64,000 nt of DNA from an uncultured Alphaproteobacteria bacterium (GCA_944390915.1 CALXRS010000005.1:7663-71662); one strand, 5' to 3'. Positions 36,716 to 45,576 are shown, counted from the first letter of the stretch. Numbers and translations: made by a program. The notes: generated by a model not told the origin, from the sequence alone.

Positions 36716-37633
36716 ATGGAAGAAGAAAAAAAACAAAAAGCGAAAAACCTCAGGGTCTGCGTTTCGGGCGGGCATTGCGACGGCAAAGATCCCGCTTATG
36801 TGGAAGAATGTTATAAGCTCGGGGTAAAAATTGCCAAAATGGGGTTTCGGCTCGACTACGGTTTTTCCAATTCCGGCGTGATGGGAGCGGTGGCACGCGG
36901 CGTGCTCGACAACTGGCAGGAGCGAAAAGACAAATATTACGACAACATCACCCCGATTGTCGGCGTAACCACCCGCGAATATTACGAACTCTACGAAAAA
37001 GACGATATTTTGAAACAGATCAGCGAAGTGGTGGTGGAAGATACGCTCGAAAACCGCAAGATAAAACTACTGGAGGCCGATATTGTCGTGTTTGCCCCCG
37101 GCGGGGTGGGTACGCTTGACGAGCTGGCTTATGACTGCGTGGCCATGCAGGACGGTTTTTTGAAAACCAAACCTTTTATCATGTATAACATCAACGGCTT
37201 TTTTTATCATATTCTGGAATATCTGAAAGAACTTGCTGCAAGCGGGTTTGCGTTGAGGGTGCCGTTTATCGTGGTGGACGACAGCGAAGAGCTGGAAACG
37301 GCTTTCCGTTTGCTAAGGATGCGCTACAACGACTGCGCCGACGCCGCGGAAGCCTACGCCAACGCCCGCCAGCTGGCTTATGAGCTGCCGTATTTTCTGA
37401 AAAAGAAAACCGACAGCAGCGTGCATGTGGAAGACATTTGGGCGGAAATGAAAAAAATTGAGGCTGCCGGCAGCAAAGAACAAAAACAGGTTTTGGCAAA
37501 CGAAATCGAGCAGGCCTATCTGGAAAAGGAAATTGAACGGATGTATGATCGGCTGGCCAAAACCGGTCGCGATACGGCCATCGTCAGCGACAAACTGACC
37601 CGCCTGAAACAAAGGAAGAAAAAATGGAAGTAA
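36716..37633 (+). CDS. LOG-family (TIGR00730) protein with a ~120-aa helical C-terminal extension
   Basis: PGGVGTLDEL motif. The ATG at 36716 is 3 nt after the tgt stop. The 3' end overlaps the next gene by 10 nt. Confidence 0.75.
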   Translation: MEEEKKQKAKNLRVCVSGGHCDGKDPAYVEECYKLGVKIAKMGFRLDYGFSNSGVMGAVARGVLDNWQERKDKYYDNITPIVGVTTREYYELYEKDDILKQISEVVVEDTLENRKIKLLEADIVVFAPGGVGTLDELAYDCVAMQDGFLKTKPFIMYNINGFFYHILEYLKELAASGFALRVPFIVVDDSEELETAFRLLRMRYNDCADAAEAYANARQLAYELPYFLKKKTDSSVHVEDIWAEMKKIEAAGSKEQKQVLANEIEQAYLEKEIERMYDRLAKTGRDTAIVSDKLTRLKQRKKKWK

Positions 37634-39399
37634 AGACTATTCCCGCTTCCGTCTGGTGTTTTTTATGGCGCTATTTTTCACGGCAGAAAACGTTGTTTTT
37701 TGCCCAGCTGTCGGCGATTTTGGCGGGGGAACTGCTGGTGCGGCTGTCGCTTTATTTTGCCGCGGAAATCGTTGAAGTGATCGCCGGTACGGCGGCGCGC
37801 GGCGAGATGCTGGAACAGGCCCTGCGGCTGGCGGTGATTGCCTCTGCCCTGCTGCTTGCCAAAAGCCTGTTGCAAAACACAATCTGTTTTTTGGAGGCGC
37901 GGTTTATGCCGGCCGTACTGGCCAACGTGGCCAAAGATCTGTTTTCCTACGCCCATCAGCATTCGACGGCTTTTTTTGCCGAAGAAATGGCCGGTAATAT
38001 TTCCGGCAAGGCAAAAACCATTATCGACAGCATTTATCCGATTTATTATATCCTGATATGGGGTTTTCTGGCGCCTTTGGCTGCCACGCTGATAACAATC
38101 GGTTTTGTGCTGAAGATTGATGCGACGCTGGCCGCGGTGCTGTTTATGCTTAATCTGCTGGTGGTGTTTGTTATCTATCGTCTAAGCCGGCGTATGGTGC
38201 CCTATTCGGAAAAACGGGCGCAAAAAATGTCGGAGGCAAACGGCGTGTTGGTGGACAGCATTACCAATGCGGGGGCGGTCAAAAATTTTGCCAATTACCG
38301 TTTTGAGCGCAAACATTATTTTCGTTCGATGAAGGCGGCCGCCGCGGCCGATCGGGCGGAATCGCTGAAACTCGGCAAAATATTTATATGGCAGAACCTT
38401 TTTCGGGCGCTGGTGCAAATTGTGTTTTATGCTTTGCCGGTGTGGTTTTGGTATCAGGGCAAAATTTCGGTGGCGGATTTTGTGCTGATGCAGTCGCTGA
38501 TTGCCGTTTTGAGCAACACGTTCGGCATGCTGTCGCTCAATTTTATGCAGTTTTTTAAGGTTTACGGGGGCATTCGCGACGGGTTGCGGCTGCTTTCCCG
38601 CCCGTGCGAGGTAAAAGATATTGACGGCGCGGTAAAACTGGTTGTTAAGAGCGGACGGGTGGAGTTTAGGAACATAAACTATCACTATAAGGGCGCGGCC
38701 TTTTTGTTTGAAAATTTTAATCTGACCGTCGAGGGAGGCGAAAAGGTCGGTTTGGTCGGGCGTTCGGGGTCGGGCAAATCGAGTCTGGTTAAGCTGCTGA
38801 TGCGCTATTATGACATCCAACGGGGAGAAATTGCCGTTGACGGGCAGGACATCGCCCGGGTCACTCAGGAAAGTCTGCGCCGGCAGATTGCGCTGATTCC
38901 GCAGGAACCGGGGTTGTTTAACCGCAGCATTATCGAAAATATCCGTTACGGGCGGCCGCAGGCCACGGATGAAGAAGTTTTTGACGCCGCCCGCAAAGCC
39001 TGTCTTCACGACTTTATTCTCCGCCTGCCGGAAGGCTACGGGACAAAAGTCGGCGAATGCGGGGTCATGCTTTCCGGCGGCGAACGGCAGCGGATTGCCA
39101 TTGCGCGGGCCATTTTGAAAAATGCGCCGATTTTGATTTTGGACGAGGCAACCTCGGCGCTTGACAGCGAAAGCGAAAAATATATTCAGGAATCGCTTGC
39201 CAATCTGATGGAGGGAAAAACCGTCATTGCCATTGCCCACCGGCTTTCCACCCTGCGAGAGATGGATCGGCTGGTGGTGCTAGACCGCGGGCAAATCGTC
39301 GAGCAGGGGGCGCACGCCGCGTTGCTCCGGCAAAACGGTCCTTATCGTAAATTTTATGCCCTGCAGTCCGGGGGCTTTATTGAGGAGGAAGAAAAATAG
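37624..39399 (+). CDS. ABC exporter, fused permease/ATPase (MsbA-like)
   Basis: A 6-TM N-terminal half, Walker A GRSGSGKSS, signature LSGGERQR and Walker B ILILDEATS. Confidence 0.9.
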   Translation: MEVKTIPASVWCFLWRYFSRQKTLFFAQLSAILAGELLVRLSLYFAAEIVEVIAGTAARGEMLEQALRLAVIASALLLAKSLLQNTICFLEARFMPAVLANVAKDLFSYAHQHSTAFFAEEMAGNISGKAKTIIDSIYPIYYILIWGFLAPLAATLITIGFVLKIDATLAAVLFMLNLLVVFVIYRLSRRMVPYSEKRAQKMSEANGVLVDSITNAGAVKNFANYRFERKHYFRSMKAAAAADRAESLKLGKIFIWQNLFRALVQIVFYALPVWFWYQGKISVADFVLMQSLIAVLSNTFGMLSLNFMQFFKVYGGIRDGLRLLSRPCEVKDIDGAVKLVVKSGRVEFRNINYHYKGAAFLFENFNLTVEGGEKVGLVGRSGSGKSSLVKLLMRYYDIQRGEIAVDGQDIARVTQESLRRQIALIPQEPGLFNRSIIENIRYGRPQATDEEVFDAARKACLHDFILRLPEGYGTKVGECGVMLSGGERQRIAIARAILKNAPILILDEATSALDSESEKYIQESLANLMEGKTVIAIAHRLSTLREMDRLVVLDRGQIVEQGAHAALLRQNGPYRKFYALQSGGFIEEEEK

Positions 39400-40628
39400 T
39401 GCTCAAAGCCGTCTGGTCATTTTTCTTTTTGTCGGCTTTTGCGGCGGGGGTGTGGCAGACGGCCATGGGCAACGGCGCCGTGTGGAGCGAAATGGTTGAT
39501 GCCCTGTTTTCGTCCGCCAAGTCGGCTTTTTCCATAGCGCTCGGTTTAACCGGCGTGCTCTGTCTGTGGCTCGGACTGTTAAAAATTGCCGAAAATTCGG
39601 GTGTGACGGCTGTTTTGGCGCGTTGGCTGCGACCGTTTTTTGCCAAAATCATGCCCGGTGTTCCGGCCGGTTCGCCGGCGCTTGGCTCCATGGTGATGAA
39701 TATTGCCGCCAATGTTTTGGGGCTGGACAACGCGGCCACGCCGATGGGGCTGAAAGCCATGGAACAGCTGCAGGAGCATAATCCGCGAAAAGATACGGCC
39801 TCGGATGCCGAAATTATGTTCATGGTGATAAATTCTTCTTCGGTTACATTGATACCGATAACCATTCTGATGTATCGGGCGGAGCTTGGCAGCAGCAATC
39901 CGGCTGCCGTGTTTGTACCGATTCTGATAGCCACTTCGATGTCGACGCTTACGGGTTTTTTAGCGGTGGCGGCGGTGCAGAGGCTCAATATTTTCAACCG
40001 TACGGTTTTGGGCGGCCTGGCGGCAATGTTGTTGGTTGTCGGTGGGCTGGCATGGGGCTTTATGCAGTTGGCGCCGGCGCAGCGGACAGCGGTTTCGGCC
40101 GCCGCCGGCAACGGTATTTTGTTTTTTCTGGCGGCTTTTTTTATTTTTTGGGGACTGATAAAAAAACGCGACGTATACGAAGACTTTATCGACGGCGCCA
40201 AAGAAGGCTTTAAGGTGGCGGTAACGATTATTCCCTATCTGGTGGCCATGCTGACTGCCATTGCCGTTTTTCGCGCTTCGGGAATGTTTGACCTGCTGTT
40301 GACGGGGCTTGAAAATATGTTTGTGCTTTTGGGCGTGGACACGGGCTTTGTTCCCGCTTTGCCGACGGCGTTGATGAAACCTCTTTCCGGCAGCGGGGCG
40401 CGGGCAATGATGATAGAAGCCATGCAGACATACGGCGCGGACAGTTTTGCCGGTTTTGTCGCCTCGGTGGTGCAGGGGTCGACGGAAACGACTTTTTACG
40501 TGCTGGCGGTCTATTTCGGCGCGGTTAAAGTGGTTAAAACGCGCTCGGCGCTGCCCTGCGCTCTGCTTGCCGATCTGGCGGGCATTATTACGGCCGTTGT
40601 TGTCAGTTATTACTTTTTTGAAAGCTAA
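39399..40628 (+). CDS. nucleoside-recognition (Gate) domain membrane protein, fused SpmA-like and SpmB-like halves
   Basis: 409 aa. The GTG start overlaps the ABC stop (TAGTG). The sequence has two homologous membrane halves. Confidence 0.75.
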   Translation: MLKAVWSFFFLSAFAAGVWQTAMGNGAVWSEMVDALFSSAKSAFSIALGLTGVLCLWLGLLKIAENSGVTAVLARWLRPFFAKIMPGVPAGSPALGSMVMNIAANVLGLDNAATPMGLKAMEQLQEHNPRKDTASDAEIMFMVINSSSVTLIPITILMYRAELGSSNPAAVFVPILIATSMSTLTGFLAVAAVQRLNIFNRTVLGGLAAMLLVVGGLAWGFMQLAPAQRTAVSAAAGNGILFFLAAFFIFWGLIKKRDVYEDFIDGAKEGFKVAVTIIPYLVAMLTAIAVFRASGMFDLLLTGLENMFVLLGVDTGFVPALPTALMKPLSGSGARAMMIEAMQTYGADSFAGFVASVVQGSTETTFYVLAVYFGAVKVVKTRSALPCALLADLAGIITAVVVSYYFFES

Positions 40629-40631
40629 AAA
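40091..40631 (+). repeat. copy 1 of a 541-bp direct duplication (3' half of spmAB)
   Basis: Hand alignment with 42211-42751 at a constant offset of 2120 nt gives 17 mismatches and no indels. Confidence 0.95.
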
Positions 40632-40647
40632 TCATCGATTTTGAAAC

Positions 40648-40684
40648 ACCCCTCAAATTGTTGATGAGCAACGGTTTGAGGGGT
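40648..40684. terminator. hairpin between convergent spmAB and the orphan gene
   Basis: ACCCCTCAAA/TTTGAGGGGT, a 10-bp stem with a 17-nt loop. Confidence 0.45.
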
Positions 40685-40701
40685 ATGAAAAACATCTGTT
40701 T

Positions 40702-41664
40702 TTATTCGTTGCCGTAGTCTTTTGTCATTTTCAGGGACGGAGTCTGCGTTGTCCGGGGTATCTGCCGTTCTTCCTCTTTCGGAGCTTCCGTCGTTTCTTT
40801 GTTTGTTTCCAGATTCTGTCGTGCCCGTTTAAGCGAGGAAGTAGTTCTGTTCTCCGGATTCAGCTGCTGATAGCCGCTTTGTTCCAGACGATTGTAAAAG
40901 TCTGCCTGAAATTTTTTAATGTCTTTGGTCGACTGAGTTGCTTTGGTTTCTTCATAACAACGTTTAAGGATTTCCTGAAATTCCGGTGTGTCAAGAAGCT
41001 CTTTTTGCTTCAGAGCCTGAGCGGTAATTTCTTCCAAAAGGCCGTTATCGCCGCTGGCCTTTGCCGACTCAGCCATATTAAATAAAGTATTTTGACGAAC
41101 GGATTCTATCTCTTCTTTGGGGTTGTACGCTTTTCCGCCGCCGATTACCGGACCTATTCTGTAGCCGTTAATATAGGCCTCTATATGGTAGCTTCTTCTC
41201 CCTTCTGTCCCTAAGACATCGGTTGCGGGCAGGTTGTCTTTGTTGTTGTACAGCCTGTCTTTGAATGTAACACTTCCGTTTCTGTGGGTGTGTGTTTTGA
41301 GCGTGTAACAATTTCCTATTTCAGAAACGGTACATCCTCCGTTGTGATGGTGTTCCGTCATTTTACAAAGCTTTCCGTTTTTATAGTCTTTTATAACCAA
41401 CGTTCCGTCTTTGTCATAATAGCTTTCTTTTTGGATAACGTCGTCGGCATAGGTTTTTGTCAATTTTTCGACACCTTGTTCTGAAAAGAAGGTTTGAGTG
41501 CCGTCTTTGATCAGTTTTTTCCCGTCTTTTTTATATTCCGTTGTTTCTTTGACGGAAAAATCGGGGTAATAATCGGTTATGGTTATTTTACCGTCTTTGT
41601 TTTGGCTTTTTTCTGATTGTGGCAGCATTCCCAAAAATTTGCGTATTTTGTTGTTGCGATTCAT
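40702..41664 (-). CDS. hypothetical protein (320 aa), beta-rich N-terminal half and helical, charged C-terminal half
   Basis: ATG at 41664 with GGGAGA 6 nt upstream; the track ORF starts at a TTG at 41697. Visibly more AT-rich than its neighbours. Contains YD-like/MORN-like motifs (SYYDKDGTLVIKDYKNGKL). Confidence 0.65.
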   Translation of the reverse strand: MNRNNKIRKFLGMLPQSEKSQNKDGKITITDYYPDFSVKETTEYKKDGKKLIKDGTQTFFSEQGVEKLTKTYADDVIQKESYYDKDGTLVIKDYKNGKLCKMTEHHHNGGCTVSEIGNCYTLKTHTHRNGSVTFKDRLYNNKDNLPATDVLGTEGRRSYHIEAYINGYRIGPVIGGGKAYNPKEEIESVRQNTLFNMAESAKASGDNGLLEEITAQALKQKELLDTPEFQEILKRCYEETKATQSTKDIKKFQADFYNRLEQSGYQQLNPENRTTSSLKRARQNLETNKETTEAPKEEERQIPRTTQTPSLKMTKDYGNE

Positions 41665-41727
41665 GGCGGTTCTCCCGGAAATTCTTATATAATCCAATTA
41701 TGTGGCAAATTTTGTCAAAAAGCAAGT

Positions 41728-41770
41728 TTTTTTTGCAAAAAAAGCCCGGAACGACCGGGCTTTGCATTTT
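41728..41770 (-). terminator. Rho-independent terminator retained behind the pfk remnant
   Basis: AAAGCCCGG/CCGGGCTTT stem (41741-41763), followed on the minus strand by T7. Confidence 0.65.
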
Positions 41771-41800
41771 ATATATGTTTTTACTGTTGTGGCTGTTCTG

Positions 41801-42211
41801 TTACAACTCTTCGCCGACATACATGCCGATTGCGCGAGCCGCTTTGACGTAGTCGCTGTTGACGTTGAGCAGGGTGGTGCCTTCTCTGACAACCTCATCA
41901 ATATCAAAGTCGCTGATTTTGCTGTTTTTCCACACGACCATCCGGTTGGTTTTGCCTTCTTCCAACAGCTGGACGGCACGGGCGCCGAACATTGTTGCCA
42001 AAATGCGGTCGGTGGCAGCCGGATCGCCGGAACGTTGGGTGTGGCCGAGCGTGGTAACACGGGTCTGAAATTCTTTGCAGCGTTTGTTGATTTCCGTGCT
42101 CAGATAATGACCGATGCCGCCGTAAACCGTTTCGCCTATTTTGTTGGTGGCGGCAGCAACATGTTGTCCGTCTTCGCGTTTGACGCCTTCGGAAACGACA
42201 ATCAGCGCATG
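41801..42211 (-). pseudogene. pfk: 3' fragment (about 137 codons) of a 6-phosphofructokinase gene
   Basis: The minus-frame translation reads ...NHALIVVSEGVKREDGQHV...TRVTTLGHTQRSGDPAATDRILATMFGARAVQLLEEG...*. This matches the PFK C-terminal half (TVLGHxQRGG region). The 5' two-thirds are missing, and the break coincides with the duplication junction. Confidence 0.75.
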
Positions 42212-42748
42212 GTTGCGGCCGCCGCCGGCAACGGTATTTTGTTTTTTCTGGCGGCTTTTTTTATTTTTTGGGGACTGATAAAAAAACGTGACGTGTACGA
42301 AGATTTTATCGACGGTGCCAAAGAAGGCTTTAAGGTGGCGGTAACGATTATTCCCTATCTGGTGGCCATGCTGACTGCTATTGCCGTTTTTCGCGCTTCG
42401 GGAATGTTTGACCTGCTGTTGACGGGGCTGGAAAATATGTTTGTGCTTTTGGGCGTGGACACGGGCTTTGTTCCCGCTTTGCCGACGGCGTTGATGAAAC
42501 CTCTTTCCGGCAGCGGCGCGCGGGCAATGATGATAGAAGCCATGCAGACATACGGCGCGGACAGTTTTGCCGGTTTTGTTGCCTCGGTGGTGCAGGGGTC
42601 GACGGAAACGACTTTTTATGTGCTGGCGGTCTATTTCGGCGCGGTTAAGGTGGTCAAAACGCGCTCGGCGCTGCCCTGCGCTCTGCTTGCCGATCTGGCG
42701 GGCATTACCGCCGCCGTTGTTGTCAGTTATTACTTTTTTGAAAGCTGA
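42209..42748 (+). CDS. stand-alone SpmB-like membrane protein (179 aa), duplicate of the C-terminal half of spmAB
   Basis: The ATG at 42209 lies exactly at the duplication boundary. It differs from copy 1 at only 3 amino-acid positions. The track ORF 41702-42748 extends it through antisense pfk sequence. Confidence 0.55.
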   Translation: MVAAAAGNGILFFLAAFFIFWGLIKKRDVYEDFIDGAKEGFKVAVTIIPYLVAMLTAIAVFRASGMFDLLLTGLENMFVLLGVDTGFVPALPTALMKPLSGSGARAMMIEAMQTYGADSFAGFVASVVQGSTETTFYVLAVYFGAVKVVKTRSALPCALLADLAGITAAVVVSYYFFES

Positions 42749-42751
42749 AAA
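42211..42751 (+). repeat. copy 2 of the 541-bp direct duplication
   Basis: See copy 1. Homology ends within a few nt after the stop codon (TAA in copy 1, TGA in copy 2). Confidence 0.95.
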
Positions 42752-42808
42752 AGTACGGTAAACGAAAGATTCGTTTGAGAAAAGCCTTGCGCGAAGAATC
42801 GGAAAATA

Positions 42809-43540
42809 TCAGATCTTCCGCCAGCGGATGCGGATTTTTGCCAGTTCGCGGTTGTCGCTGTCGGCATAAATGCCGTGTGTTGTCACAAGCCCGTCGATTT
42901 GCGTGCGGATGACGGCGTTTTCGCCGAACAGGCCTTCTTTCTTAAAGGCGATTTCCAAAGCCTGCGGTACATGTTCCAGCCGGAAATCGGCAGGCACGGC
43001 CTCCGTTGCCCATAATGGATAAACGGCATTGTTGACATGATGGTTGACGTCTATGTCGTCATAGCGGATTTTGAAAACTTCGCGGCAGTCTTCGCGCTCG
43101 GGGTCGGGCAGTCGGGCAAAATCCGTTTCCAACGCACGTTCCGGAATAACATGGTATTCCGGTAAGTTATCGCGCAGGCAGACGGGCCGTTTTCTGGCAA
43201 AATCTATCAACACCCATTGGCTGGAGGCGCGGATAATCTCTTTTCCCTCTTCGTCGCGGATAATAAAATCACGCACGGCGCCAAGCTTTTTTTCCACCGC
43301 CGGCCACGACTGCACGGTAATATTTTCGTGCCAAGCGGGCAGGCGGTTTATTTCTATCTGATAGTTTGAACCCACCCAGGCCAGTCCGTGCGCCTGACAA
43401 TGTTCAATTCCCACGCCGATGTTCGAGGCATGGCTGTCGGCCGTATCCTGAAAAATATTCATCAGCGTCAACAGGCGCAAAGTCCCGCTGCGATCGCATT
43501 CATAACTTTTAATATGATAGGCGCAGGTTATTTTATCCAT
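42809..43540 (-). CDS. acyl-ACP thioesterase (FatA/B-like)
   Basis: Double hot-dog pattern: YECDRSGTLRLLTLMNIFQDTA...GLAWVGSNYQIEI...WVLIDFARKRP. ATG at 43540 with GAGG upstream. Confidence 0.8.
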   Translation of the reverse strand: MDKITCAYHIKSYECDRSGTLRLLTLMNIFQDTADSHASNIGVGIEHCQAHGLAWVGSNYQIEINRLPAWHENITVQSWPAVEKKLGAVRDFIIRDEEGKEIIRASSQWVLIDFARKRPVCLRDNLPEYHVIPERALETDFARLPDPEREDCREVFKIRYDDIDVNHHVNNAVYPLWATEAVPADFRLEHVPQALEIAFKKEGLFGENAVIRTQIDGLVTTHGIYADSDNRELAKIRIRWRKI

Positions 43541-43566
43541 AATCAACCTCGGTTATCCTAAAAAAA

Positions 43567-44244
43567 TCAATCCCGCAGGGAAAGTCTGATTTCTTCCTTT
43601 TCTTCCTCTCCGTCGCCCCACAACAAGCGGCTCAGCCAGTTACGTTCTTTCTTCGGTTCGACTCGCACGTCCGCCGAAGCATAAAGGGTGGTATAGGTCT
43701 GGTGACCTTTTTTCACCGTGTCAAGTTCTGCCAACAACCGTTTGCGATAGGCCTTTGCCTTTGCCGGCCGGCGCGAATGATAGTCGGTTGCCGCCTGCAT
43801 CCAGTCCTGTCGACGATCATAAAGCCGTTTCAGAAAACGGGCGGCATAGGCCACGTTCTTTTCGGGGTCGAAAGCGTCTTCCAGACTGGCAAACTCTTTG
43901 CCGTGGAAATACATGTTTATCTGCATGCAACCGACGTCAAAATTTTTGATGCCGCGTTTTTGCAATGCCTTTGCCGCGGCCACGGCCGCTTCTTTGGTTT
44001 TGTAATAATGACCTTTTCCGCGCACGTTGATTGTCCACGGCCAAGCCATTTTCTGCTGCGCAAATTTATTCCATTTGCCGGTTTCCACCGTGGAGATGGA
44101 GGTCAGCAGATATTCTTTAATCTGATATTTTTCTTCCGCCTTGGTCGTAGCATCCATACAGATAAAACCGTCATCAACGGCCTTTATCTGCTCTGCACCC
44201 GCCGTTGCCGGCAGAAGGAGCATCAGCAATATAAGAAAAAACAT
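43567..44244 (-). CDS. lytic transglycosylase-domain protein (exported)
   Basis: Signal peptide MFFLILLMLLLPATAGA, plus VETGKWN...WPWTINV...DVGCMQINMYFHG. ATG at 44244. Confidence 0.75.
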   Translation of the reverse strand: MFFLILLMLLLPATAGAEQIKAVDDGFICMDATTKAEEKYQIKEYLLTSISTVETGKWNKFAQQKMAWPWTINVRGKGHYYKTKEAAVAAAKALQKRGIKNFDVGCMQINMYFHGKEFASLEDAFDPEKNVAYAARFLKRLYDRRQDWMQAATDYHSRRPAKAKAYRKRLLAELDTVKKGHQTYTTLYASADVRVEPKKERNWLSRLLWGDGEEEKEEIRLSLRD

Positions 44245-44431
44245 TAAAAAATTGATACTTCCAGCAGTATCCCTCTGTTTCCCCGGACTGCCACGAACAT
44301 CCCTCAGGCCGGTGGCCGATTTCAGTTCGCTTAAAGGCAAAACAATAAGCAAATAAATCCGGAGGCAGTTTATACATTACGGCTTTTTTCAAGCCCCATT
44401 GCACTCACAAAACAGGGGGTTTATAGCACAT

Positions 44432-45316
44432 TTATTTCTTAAAATCCAGTAAAAAATTTCCCAGGTCGACGATGGCGGCGCAGATGTCCGAGCTAACATA
44501 TTGAAAATTTTGTATTTTTTTATACACAGGCTCGTCTTCGTACAGACTGCGGTTAATTTCCATTTGCAGGGTGTAGATGCTTTTGCGCGGTTGGCAATAG
44601 TTGAAGCTGATATGGGCGCCGGAATAGGGGCAGTCGAGGCTGACATTGTATTTTTGCTGCAGCCGCTGCATGAAAAATTCGTACATTTCGGCGGGACAGC
44701 TTTGTTCGAACAAAGTGCCGAGACAAAAGTCTATTTGCCGGTTGTCCTGCATGATGTTGCAGATTTTTGACGGCATGGAATGGCAGTCGAGCACCAGGCA
44801 GAACCCGAACCTTGCGACCGTACGGTCAATCAGTTTCTGCAAATGCGCGTGATAGGGCATATATATTTTTTTAATGCGCTCGCAGGCTTCTTTATAATTC
44901 AGAAGACCGTCGTAAATGTTTTTGCGGGCGGCGGTAATGCGGTGGAAAAGCCCCAGCCCGACGCGGCTGCGTTTGTTGTTAAGGGCGGCTTCCGTCTGCG
45001 GGTAGTTGTAAAACATGGCCGGATCGACCTCGATAGAGTCGCGGTTGACGTCGATGAATGCCCGTCCGATGTTAAGCGACAGCATCGGTATGCCCAGATC
45101 GGAGGCGTCCGCGACCAGCTCGTCGACAAAGGGGTCTTCGTTGCTGCGCAGCTCGTCGACGGAAACACAGACATGCTCCAGAAACTCCGGCGGAAACACC
45201 TGCCCGCTGTGCGGCACGGAAAGCACCAACGGATAGCGCGGATCTTTGGTGTTGCGCTCGCTTAAAATGTCAAGCTTTGAATAGTCAACCTTAAAATCAA
45301 TTTTTTTATCTGTCAT
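44432..45316 (-). CDS. N-formylglutamate amidohydrolase-family protein
   Basis: LSVPHSG, DVNRD and LDCHSMPS motifs. ATG at 45316. Confidence 0.8.
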   Translation of the reverse strand: MTDKKIDFKVDYSKLDILSERNTKDPRYPLVLSVPHSGQVFPPEFLEHVCVSVDELRSNEDPFVDELVADASDLGIPMLSLNIGRAFIDVNRDSIEVDPAMFYNYPQTEAALNNKRSRVGLGLFHRITAARKNIYDGLLNYKEACERIKKIYMPYHAHLQKLIDRTVARFGFCLVLDCHSMPSKICNIMQDNRQIDFCLGTLFEQSCPAEMYEFFMQRLQQKYNVSLDCPYSGAHISFNYCQPRKSIYTLQMEINRSLYEDEPVYKKIQNFQYVSSDICAAIVDLGNFLLDFKK

Positions 45317-45493
45317 GGCTGCTCCGAACTTTTTTGCAATATCATGATAATAACAAAAGATTAACTTTTTGATAACAAAATATCCCGTTGCCGTCGGGCT
45401 CTCCAAAAGGCAAAAGACAAATTTTTTGGCGTTCGCTTAAAAAAACACTTGCCAAATGATATTAAATAAGTTAAACAGATAGCCGTTGACAAC

Positions 45494-45569
45494 GGGTGTG
45501 TAGCTCAGCGGTATGAGCACTACGTTGACATCGTAGGGGGCACAGGTTCGATCCCTGTCACACCCACCA
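45494..45569 (+). tRNA. tRNA-Val (anticodon GAC), CCA encoded
   Basis: Cloverleaf folded by hand: acceptor GGGTGTG/CACACCC, D arm GCTC/GAGC, anticodon arm CTACG-TTGACAT-CGTAG, T arm ACAGG-TTCGATC-CCTGT, discriminator A plus CCA. Confidence 0.93.
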
Positions 45570-45576
45570 TTTTGTT

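Noticed and set aside
41702-42748. A 348-aa ORF as a genuine fusion protein.
   Set aside because: Its first ~169 codons are the antisense strand of the pfk remnant and of an intergenic terminator, with no SD. Only the part homologous to spmAB (from ATG 42209) looks like real coding sequence.
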